A stretch of 34,706 nt of DNA from a virus. Under the pieces are notes generated by a model. It made no database searches and was not told where the DNA came from. It saw only the letters and a program-made list of their open reading frames with translations. Position 1 is the stretch's first letter; the number at the start of each line of letters is the position of its first letter. Positions 16,341 through 22,694 of the stretch are shown here, piece after piece. The stretch is taken from positions 1 through 34,706 of IMG/VR virus record IMGVR_UViG_3300033127_000099. One strand, written 5' to 3'. Position numbers and translations under genes: made by a program.

Positions 16341-16872
16341 CTTGGATAGAAAAAAGTCAGTAGAGAATGCAATAAATCGCTATTATGAGCGACAACAGGC
16401 ACTAGGAACCACAAGAGAGCCAACACGGAAAAACAAAACACCAGAGCGCGACGTACAAAAGGAGTGTCTTGCGTGGGGCCGATCAAATGGATTTTCTCTT
16501 CACGTCGTAGAAGCATCTAGATACAACGCCTCTCTCGGTCAGAAAGGTGACGCAAAAGTGGAAGCGGGATTTTCCGACCTCGTAGGGAACACTCAGCAAG
16601 GCCTTGCCTGTTATATTGAATTAAAGGCCAAGGGTCGTCGGAGTACACTTTCCTATAGTCAGCGTGAGTTCTTAGTAAAGAAAATAGAGCAGTCCTGTTT
16701 TGCAGTCGTAGTTGATTCTGTACAGAAGCTACAACAGTATTGGAAAAGTTTTTGTTCACTTAAGACTCCTGAAGAACGGAAGAATCATCTTTTATCTTCC
16801 CTGCCTCAGAAAGTTCCACAACGCGGGAAGAAGAAGGATCAGGACGCTTTCGAGAAGAGGTACGGCTTTTAG
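16279..16872 (+). CDS. VRR-NUC family (PD-(D/E)xK) nuclease; start uncertain (16279, 16309 or TTG 16342)
   Basis: Core GFSDLVG...GLACYIELKAKGRRSTLSYSQREFL fits the VRR-NUC pattern (D, ExK, then SxxQ). The last 37 codons overlap a convergent ORF. Confidence 0.7.
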   Translation: MPHLLKYIDNMYSTLNLLDSSLDRKKSVENAINRYYERQQALGTTREPTRKNKTPERDVQKECLAWGRSNGFSLHVVEASRYNASLGQKGDAKVEAGFSDLVGNTQQGLACYIELKAKGRRSTLSYSQREFLVKKIEQSCFAVVVDSVQKLQQYWKSFCSLKTPEERKNHLLSSLPQKVPQRGKKKDQDAFEKRYGF

Positions 16873-17068
16873 CCTTTTTTTCTGTCATTAATGGCTCAAT
16901 AATCGCCTTTAACTCATCAAAGCTCATTTTAAAATAAACTTTCTCATTACCAATGATCATATAAGTATCATTAGGCCCTTGCTCTTTAATTACTGAAGAC
17001 ATAAAAGCCGTAGCACCCACTAAGAGTCTACGGCTTGATCCATCTTTTAACTCGATCATTTTTTCCAT
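16760..17068 (-). CDS. Hypothetical 102-aa protein, distal gene of the accessory cassette
   Basis: RBS ACGGAG 8 nt upstream of the ATG, 15 nt downstream of the lipoprotein-like gene. The C-terminal 37 aa are low-complexity and overlap the VRR-NUC gene. Confidence 0.5.
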   Translation of the reverse strand: MEKMIELKDGSSRRLLVGATAFMSSVIKEQGPNDTYMIIGNEKVYFKMSFDELKAIIEPLMTEKKAKSRTSSRKRPDPSSSRVVELSEAGKIKDDSSVLQES

Positions 17069-17083
17069 ATATCGCTCCGTTGT

Positions 17084-17917
17084 TTAATGGACGATATCGG
17101 CGTAATCTGTGAATGTCACGTTTTGATATACGTTGTTAACAAGCTCATCCATTTTAGAACTAATGTTATTGTCATTGTAAAAATGGTAGTGAGAAAGACT
17201 TGAAGGTGTCCAGTAAACACTGTCGTATCCAGTGGGGCTTCTTTCTACTAAGCTAACTTGAGAAGCCTGGTAAATTTGAGTTGCAGAAAGATAAATTCTG
17301 TTAGTCTCCATGTCTGCAGGACGTTCTGCATTGATACCAACTCTAAACATTGAGTTTAACTTAGCGTCTACAGCCACCCATTGAGCGTCAATAGCAATTT
17401 CAATGATTGTGTGCTTTCCATCTGGGAAGTCAGTAGTGGCTTGACCAGTGATTTCAACAAGTCTTGTGGGGATGCCAAAAGACTCATAAATGTCAGCCAT
17501 AACGATGCTAAGGCCTCTGTGATCAACACCACGAGTGTTTGAATTGTTGTTGTTTTCAACTAAAAGCTGCCATCTCTCAAGTGGGGTGTATGGAGCTAAT
17601 GGTAGGTTGCCAAAGCCATTAATCTTTTGAACTAAAGAATTGGCATGAGCCCTAAGAATAAAAACAAGATTAAGATCATGAGCAAGGCCATCTTCAGTGT
17701 TCCACGCCTGGTAGTGTTGAGCTATGTCTGGATAGTTATCTAAAAGGTGATTAGCTAACTCTCCAAGCTCAGCTTTATTGTCAGGGATAAAGTTACTTGT
17801 ACCCCATTGACCATTTACAGTTTGATCACCTGTAGACGGGGCAGTTGAACCACCGCCGTTTTCTTCACAGTTGACCATTAACAAACTTACTAAAATTAAA
17901 ACGATTATTTTTTTCAT
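17084..17917 (-). CDS. Secreted or lipoprotein-like protein with a transglutaminase-like core lacking the catalytic Cys
   Basis: Signal peptide MKKIIVLILVSLLMVNC (Cys17, non-canonical lipobox). Residues 129-185 (RGVDHRGLSIVMADIYESFGIPTRLVEITG...HTIIEIAIDAQWVAVDA) resemble the transglutaminase core GxC..FA...GIPAR.V.G...H.W.E....W...D, with Asp in the Cys position. Confidence 0.6.
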   Translation of the reverse strand: MKKIIVLILVSLLMVNCEENGGGSTAPSTGDQTVNGQWGTSNFIPDNKAELGELANHLLDNYPDIAQHYQAWNTEDGLAHDLNLVFILRAHANSLVQKINGFGNLPLAPYTPLERWQLLVENNNNSNTRGVDHRGLSIVMADIYESFGIPTRLVEITGQATTDFPDGKHTIIEIAIDAQWVAVDAKLNSMFRVGINAERPADMETNRIYLSATQIYQASQVSLVERSPTGYDSVYWTPSSLSHYHFYNDNNISSKMDELVNNVYQNVTFTDYADIVH

Positions 17918-17953
17918 GTCGCACTTCCTTCCAACATAATACTAATCGGAAGT

Positions 17954-17981
17954 TATTTACTAAACTTTAGTAGTTTATCAA
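17954..17981 (-). promoter_or_regulatory. Candidate sigma70-type promoter for the lipoprotein cassette (TTGATA - 16 nt - TAAATA on the - strand)
   Basis: The - strand reads TTGATAaactactaaagtttagTAAATA, with the -35 at 17976-17981 and the -10 at 17954-17959. It lies in a very AT-rich spacer. Confidence 0.4.
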
Positions 17982-18003
17982 TGTGATACAAAAATATATC
18001 GCT

Positions 18004-18030
18004 TAGTATATATTTTTAATTTATATACTA
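18004..18030. promoter_or_regulatory. AT-rich palindrome TAGTATATA-N9-TATATACTA (operator-like)
   Basis: 18004-18012 and 18022-18030 are perfect reverse complements, just upstream of the candidate promoter. Confidence 0.4.
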
Positions 18031-18042
18031 AAATATATAAAA

Positions 18043-18189
18043 TGACCCATGCCAGGCGCTACTCTGGCCATCCGCTTTCTAACACTATCAACGGCAAATA
18101 TACCCTACGTGTCTCCAGTGGCTGTCTTCCGGCTGAACATTTAAGCCTACGCCATCGTCTGCACCACAGCTTCCCACGCCGATGGGTCA
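18043..18189 (-). ncRNA. Candidate structured ncRNA or 3' UTR element of unknown family (GC-rich island closed by an 8-bp inverted repeat)
   Basis: 81/147 G+C by my count, against very AT-rich flanks. C 52 versus G 29 on the + strand. TGACCCAT (18043-18050) and ATGGGTCA (18182-18189) are complementary. Internal hairpin at 18051-18055 / 18064-18068. Confidence 0.3.
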
Positions 18190-18193
18190 AGAA

Positions 18194-18442
18194 TTAATTT
18201 TTAACAACCTCCTGGCATTCACTGCCAGAATTTTTTGTATTATACTTAATCATTTCAGACTCATTTAAATACATTAATCTCAAAGCAAAATCTCTTATTG
18301 ATTCGTAACCTTTTCGACCAAACCTATTTATATGTTCTTCAACTTCATATATAGGATAAGAATCAATCTCTCCTATATAATAATTACCGCAATCGTGGTC
18401 CGTGATAAAATCAATCTCGCAGAATCTAGCTCTTTGTGCCAT
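18194..18442 (-). CDS. Hypothetical 82-aa protein
   Basis: ATG/TAA junction with the upstream SSB-like gene (the ATG at 18442 shares one base with the upstream stop). No motif recognised. Confidence 0.5.
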   Translation of the reverse strand: MAQRARFCEIDFITDHDCGNYYIGEIDSYPIYEVEEHINRFGRKGYESIRDFALRLMYLNESEMIKYNTKNSGSECQEVVKN

Positions 18443-18951
18443 TAGAAACGAATCTCATCATTAGTATCAGTGGCAGCGGGGACGGACGGTGTAGGCGCAC
18501 TCATGTTTTTGCCAGTTGATACAACTTGAACAGCTTCGTTTGGTACATCAAGATATCCAGTGATTTTACCCCAAAGACCCGTGTTACCATCAATGTTGTA
18601 CTCTTGAACTGTGTACTCAATCTTTTTGCCGATCAAAGCATAAGTAAGATCTGCGGCCTCTTGAAACCAAGTTTCATAATCAGACTTCTCACCAATCTTA
18701 TCGTAAAGCATAAGGGCATCCATTTGCTCTGCTGCCATCTTGAATACTTTAGCCATGTCTTTATACTGAGTCTCAGTACAACCAATGAAGTGACTGAACT
18801 CTTCATTTTCTTGTGTGATCAAAACATTGTTCCACCACATTTTCCCATCTTTATCACCTGTTTTTACGTTCTTAATCTTAACAACGTGCTTTCCAGGTGC
18901 TAATGGAATTTTACTATCAGCTTTAGGTTTATTTGCAGCTCCACCAATCAT
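18442..18951 (-). CDS. SSB-like single-strand DNA binding protein (Sak4 partner, DUF669-like)
   Basis: The C-terminus ...TDTNDEIRF resembles the acidic SSB tip DDDIPF. The start overlaps the Sak4-like gene stop. This pairing is typical of Sak4 recombination modules. Confidence 0.55.
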   Translation of the reverse strand: MIGGAANKPKADSKIPLAPGKHVVKIKNVKTGDKDGKMWWNNVLITQENEEFSHFIGCTETQYKDMAKVFKMAAEQMDALMLYDKIGEKSDYETWFQEAADLTYALIGKKIEYTVQEYNIDGNTGLWGKITGYLDVPNEAVQVVSTGKNMSAPTPSVPAATDTNDEIRF

Positions 18952-19685
18952 AATTTATCTCCTTGGTTCCATTGTTTTATTTCTTTACCTATTTCTTCAT
19001 TAATTAAAAAAGGTGGACGACCTTCAAAAAGACCAGTCCTGTCCTTGTTGATAGTGGCTAAGTGGGTCTCATGTTCGATGTTGAATGTGATATGCATATC
19101 ATACTCAAAACCTTCCCGTTGTTGAACCTTGAGACCCACCTTCTTCACCTTGTGCTTAGTGCCCTCTTGTATCATCACGTGTTCATTCTTTTGTCTTAAA
19201 GTAACAATGACGTGAACAGGTGATTTCATGATGCTCTTTAAAAATCCATAGTGATGTGGGTTTGCTTTTTGCCAATCCTGAAACCTACCCCCGTAGGCAC
19301 TATAAATATCTAAAACTCCCCCTGGACCTTCCCAACAGTGAGTGCCACTATCTATAATAAGTAATTCAAACCCTTCTCTCACCCCAAGCTCAATAGCCGC
19401 TGTGTATTTTTCTGGAGTAAAAGGTTCGCTTAATGGAAGGACTGAAAAACCACCTAAGTCTGAATAGAAATCACTACCACGCTTTTTAGCTTCATAATTC
19501 GTGGGGTTTTCTTCATCAATATCACCAGTCTCTTCTGAGTCGATGACTAATACTTTATCTAGTGATCCCAAAAGACCCTTAGCTAGTAATAAAGATGAAT
19601 AAGTTTTTCCACTTCCTGAAACGCCATTGAGCGCAAGTTTTAACGGCAGTCCAACTTTGGACGCCTTTCTAATAGGTGATGACAT
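18948..19685 (-). CDS. Sak4-like RecA-fold ATPase (AAA_24 type) for single-strand annealing and recombination
   Basis: Walker A LNGVSGSGKTYSS, Walker B-like ELLIIDSGTH. 245-aa single-domain protein. RBS GGAGGGA. Confidence 0.75.
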   Translation of the reverse strand: MSSPIRKASKVGLPLKLALNGVSGSGKTYSSLLLAKGLLGSLDKVLVIDSEETGDIDEENPTNYEAKKRGSDFYSDLGGFSVLPLSEPFTPEKYTAAIELGVREGFELLIIDSGTHCWEGPGGVLDIYSAYGGRFQDWQKANPHHYGFLKSIMKSPVHVIVTLRQKNEHVMIQEGTKHKVKKVGLKVQQREGFEYDMHITFNIEHETHLATINKDRTGLFEGRPPFLINEEIGKEIKQWNQGDKL

Positions 19686-19757
19686 GATCCCTCCAACAAA
19701 GTGAGACCACGTTAGCTAGTGTTAAAAAGTTTAGCAAGACAATTTGTGAAGCGTCAT

Positions 19758-19821
19758 AAAAAAGGACGCGTCCCAGGATTTTCGATAACTTTGTTGGAAG
19801 TAGGCGATATGCCTGGGACGC
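19758..19821 (-). terminator. Intrinsic terminator or attenuator between the 87-aa ORF and the Sak4 gene
   Basis: On the - strand GCGTCCCAGG (rc of 19812-19821) pairs with CCTGGGACGC (rc of 19768-19777). The stem is 10 bp with a 34-nt loop, followed by GTCC and TTTTTT (19758-19763). Confidence 0.5.
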
Positions 19822-19834
19822 TAAGGTCTACGTG

Positions 19835-20098
19835 TTATAAACCTTTTTTGACTATATATTTGTTAAAGAGGTAGTCAACCTGTTCGTTGCTGACCATGTC
19901 CGTCACGTTTTCAATCCAATGATGATTGAAAGTAATCGTATCGGTGCGCCTCTTTTCATGTTTAATTATTTGGAAATTATAAGACTGCATAGAATAGACG
20001 TCATCATTCACTTTAAACTTAAAATGTCCGTCTGCTAAATGTCTGTCGCCGTACTGATCTATAAGCTCAACAACTCCAGACCACTCTGCATATCTCAT
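19835..20098 (-). CDS. Hypothetical 87-aa early protein
   Basis: Tightly packed behind the two mini-ORFs. No motif recognised. Confidence 0.5.
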   Translation of the reverse strand: MRYAEWSGVVELIDQYGDRHLADGHFKFKVNDDVYSMQSYNFQIIKHEKRRTDTITFNHHWIENVTDMVSNEQVDYLFNKYIVKKGL

Positions 20099-20102
20099 AA
20101 GA

Positions 20103-20198
20103 CTATTTATGTTTATTTTGCATATAAACGCAAAACAATTCTATGAACACAACAAACATGATGCAGCCTGCAATTCCATAAGGTAGAGGCAACATCAT
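20103..20198 (-). CDS. 31-aa hydrophobic mini-protein (absent from the ORF track)
   Basis: Translation MMLPLPYGIAGCIMFVVFIELFCVYMQNKHK. ATGA overlap with the upstream mini-ORF. Its stop is 4 nt before the next ATG. Confidence 0.4.
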   Translation of the reverse strand: MMLPLPYGIAGCIMFVVFIELFCVYMQNKHK

Positions 20199-20341
20199 TT
20201 TATAACACCTTCGCTAACCAGTTCTTTTACTAAATCTGTAACTTGCTTTGAAACCACATCATGTAGCAACCAATTGTTGTTACGCTCTAGATCTAGTTTG
20301 AACGCATGAAGTCTAATAAGAGTTTTTAATTTCGGATTCAT
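20195..20341 (-). CDS. 48-aa first gene of the leftward operon (absent from the ORF track)
   Basis: RBS GGAAGGTAGG upstream of the ATG at 20341. Translation MNPKLKTLIRLHAFKLDLERNNNWLLHDVVSKQVTDLVKELVSEGVIK. Confidence 0.45.
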   Translation of the reverse strand: MNPKLKTLIRLHAFKLDLERNNNWLLHDVVSKQVTDLVKELVSEGVIK

Positions 20342-20366
20342 ATTTACCTACCTTCCAACACCTTTA

Positions 20367-20394
20367 ATTATACAACACCCATTGACTGCAACAA
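20367..20394 (-). promoter_or_regulatory. Leftward early promoter candidate (TTGTTG - 16 nt - TATAAT on the - strand)
   Basis: Perfect TATAAT (rc of 20367-20372). The -35 TTGTTG is the rc of 20389-20394 and lies inside the CAACAAAGT motif. Confidence 0.5.
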
Positions 20395-20410
20395 AGTTTT
20401 TATCAATTAT
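20382..20410 (+). promoter_or_regulatory. Rightward early promoter candidate (TTGACT - 17 nt - AATTAT)
   Basis: TTGACT at 20382-20387 and AATTAT at 20405-20410. It sits back-to-back with the leftward -35 element. Confidence 0.4.
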
Positions 20411-20444
20411 TGTCTCAGATAAATACTTTGTTGGGGGAATCATC

Positions 20445-22694
20445 ATGAAACAAAAAGAAATATTTGCATCTTGGGCTCAAACTTATTTAGACGCTGGCTA
20501 CTCTGTCATTCCTATTGATGCAAACACCAAGCGTCCTGCTATTCAAAACTGGCAACAATACTCAAAAGAACTTCCAAGTGATGAGCAAGTTGATAAGTGG
20601 GCAAACGCTCATATGTATAAGAACTGCAACATCGGGATTGTGTGTGGAAAAGCCAGTGGAATAATCGCAGTTGATTTCGATTACAATCTATCTGATAGCG
20701 CACACGTTGAAGGTCTAATCAAAGGTATTCTTCCGCCAATAAGGGTAGCTAAAAAAGGTCAGAACGGTTGGACTGCTTTTTTCAAGTACAACCCAGAAAT
20801 AAAGTCTGCTCGAATTGATAAGAAGTTTGAAGGCAAGCAAACCAGAATGATCGACCTACTTGTTGATGGATGCCAAACGGTGGTGCCCCCATCCATCCAC
20901 CCCACAACAGGGAAGAAATACTTTTGGCTTACACCTGACACTCTAGAAGACCTCATGAGTGAAGACCTTGATGAGCTAACGCCTGCCATGATTGAGGCCT
21001 TTTATTCATTAACTGAAATTAAGAAAAACGAGGACTATCAACGCATTGGTGGCGGTGGGGCTGGAAGACATGACGTAGTGTTCGGACACGTGATTAAGAA
21101 AATCACCCAGTATGAGTCTTTAGATCAAATGATTGATGACATGATCGCCTTTGATAAAGAGCGACATAAGAACCACCCCAAAGGCCCTTACTTTGAAGAT
21201 GAAAACTATCTTAAGGGGAAAGACGGTAGGTTTTTTGCTACCTCTTTAGCTGAACGAATCGTCTCTTATAAAACTCGCAAGTCTAAAGAAACAGGTCACG
21301 TCTGGAGCCTTGGATCAGATGCCGACTTTCCTTCCATGGAAAACGGCTTCTTTTCGATCCATGAAAAGATGGATTCTAAAGGTAATGTCACCACTCGAAT
21401 AGTTCCTGAATATTATGAGCTCGCTGAATTCGTCAAGCAAAGGCGTAACTTCGTTTGTGATGACTCTAATATGTACCTCTACACAGATAATCACTACAAA
21501 AGTGTATCTAAATTAGGCCTGCGTGGGGAAATCATAGGGTTTACAAAGCAAATGGCTTCTGTGAATCAGGTTAATAACTTCTACGAGACTTGTCGGTCCG
21601 TAGGGTATCAAGAAATTAAACATGAACAGCCAGAAGGGTATCTCAATCTTGCTAACGGCATCTTGAATCTTAAGACTGGGACCCTTGAGGCTCACACTCC
21701 TAAAATGTTCTTTAAGTACAAACTTCCCCACGAGTTCAACCCCACGGCTAAATGCCCTAACTGGCTCGATTTCCTTCACCGTGTCTTTGAGGGTGACAAA
21801 CAGCTTGTGGACATGAGTGCTGAGATATTCGGATACGCCATGGCAGGGGGCAACCCTTGGCTTCATAAAGCATTCCTGCTTTTCGGGGAAGGTCGAAACG
21901 GAAAGTCTACATATATAGAGGTCTTACAACATATGCTAGGGGAAATGAACACTTGTGCTATTCCTATCGAGAATCTCACAAAGCCCTTTAGTGTGGTCAT
22001 GGCAGATGGAAAGCTCGCTAACATAGTAGGCGAGATGACCTCAAAGGAAATAGACTCAAGTAGCTTTAAGACGGCTGTGGGGGGTGAGTACCTGGTGGCC
22101 TCAAACAAGGGTATGGCTGAGTACAAGACAAAGTTCTACGCCAAGATGTTCTTTGCTTGTAACCAGATGCCATATTTCAGAGATACGACCAGTGGGGCCT
22201 TTGAAAAGCTCTGTATCATTCCTTTTAACCACTATTTTAAGCCAGAAGACCGTATTCCTATGTACGCTGAGAGGTATTTGCTACCTGAGATTAGCGGGAT
22301 CATAAATTGGTCGATTGTGGGGTATCAGAGGCTTAAGAAAAGAGGGAAGCTGCCAGTTATTACAGCCGTGGATGAAATGGTTACGGACTACCGAGCAGAG
22401 TCGAATTCGGTCCTTGCTTGGTTTAAAGAAAACATAAAAATTTCTCACACTCATGATTCTTGGGTCCAGATGAGTGACTTTTATGATGATTATGTTCATT
22501 GGTGTGAGATGAAGAAAGTGCGTAATGTTTCAGCATTATCCTTTGCTAGACGTGCTAATTCTTTAGGCATTGAACTTTCCCGAAAAAACACCACAATTAT
22601 TGCTAAAAAAAGAGACAGAAAACACCTGTTTCTTCATTTAAATTTACGTTCTTCATCCCGTTCTTCATTTCCTTTTAATGTAAGGAGTCATTAG
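20445..22694 (+). CDS. Bifunctional DNA primase/polymerase (Prim-Pol) fused to a D5/P4-type SF3 helicase
   Basis: N-terminal GYSVIPIDANTKRPAIQNW and GIIAVDFD (Prim-Pol). C-terminal Walker A LLFGEGRNGKST. I prefer the ATG at 20445 (RBS GGGGGA) to the TTG at 20382 in the track. Confidence 0.9.
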   Translation: MKQKEIFASWAQTYLDAGYSVIPIDANTKRPAIQNWQQYSKELPSDEQVDKWANAHMYKNCNIGIVCGKASGIIAVDFDYNLSDSAHVEGLIKGILPPIRVAKKGQNGWTAFFKYNPEIKSARIDKKFEGKQTRMIDLLVDGCQTVVPPSIHPTTGKKYFWLTPDTLEDLMSEDLDELTPAMIEAFYSLTEIKKNEDYQRIGGGGAGRHDVVFGHVIKKITQYESLDQMIDDMIAFDKERHKNHPKGPYFEDENYLKGKDGRFFATSLAERIVSYKTRKSKETGHVWSLGSDADFPSMENGFFSIHEKMDSKGNVTTRIVPEYYELAEFVKQRRNFVCDDSNMYLYTDNHYKSVSKLGLRGEIIGFTKQMASVNQVNNFYETCRSVGYQEIKHEQPEGYLNLANGILNLKTGTLEAHTPKMFFKYKLPHEFNPTAKCPNWLDFLHRVFEGDKQLVDMSAEIFGYAMAGGNPWLHKAFLLFGEGRNGKSTYIEVLQHMLGEMNTCAIPIENLTKPFSVVMADGKLANIVGEMTSKEIDSSSFKTAVGGEYLVASNKGMAEYKTKFYAKMFFACNQMPYFRDTTSGAFEKLCIIPFNHYFKPEDRIPMYAERYLLPEISGIINWSIVGYQRLKKRGKLPVITAVDEMVTDYRAESNSVLAWFKENIKISHTHDSWVQMSDFYDDYVHWCEMKKVRNVSALSFARRANSLGIELSRKNTTIIAKKRDRKHLFLHLNLRSSSRSSFPFNVRSH

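Noticed and set aside
18058-18064. GAGUAGC string reminiscent of the yybP-ykoY (Mn) riboswitch, and CCGGAAG reminiscent of SRP RNA domain IV
   Set aside because: These are isolated short matches in the wrong position or helix context. The flanking conserved helices of those families cannot be drawn.
18115-18134. B12-box-like string (AGCCGGAAGACAGCCACUGG on the - strand), together with GGGAA...GGUG, suggesting a cobalamin riboswitch
   Set aside because: The order of the elements is wrong relative to the cobalamin riboswitch consensus as I remember it. The element is too short at 147 nt, and no B12-related gene follows.
18043-18189. Retron msr-msd ncRNA (terminal inverted repeats) or a MITE
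   Set aside because: There is no reverse transcriptase anywhere in this complete genome. I saw no target-site duplication flanking the inverted repeats and no second copy in the genome.
19808-19873. 21-codon + strand ORF with a good-looking SD (GGAAGTAGG) antisense to the 87-aa gene
   Set aside because: It is very short and lies within the terminator stem and the 3' end of a - strand gene. The SD-like string is better explained as part of the repeated GTTGGAAGTAGG / ACTTTGTTGG element.
20382-20444. TTG-initiated N-terminal extension of the primase-helicase ORF (track start 20382)
   Set aside because: This TTG is the TTGACT I read as a -35 element. The ATG at 20445 has a proper SD (GGGGGA), and the extension would be translated from promoter and operator DNA.
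21513-22126. - strand ORFs inside the primase-helicase gene
   Set aside because: They are antisense to a gene with unambiguous Prim-Pol and SF3 helicase motifs.
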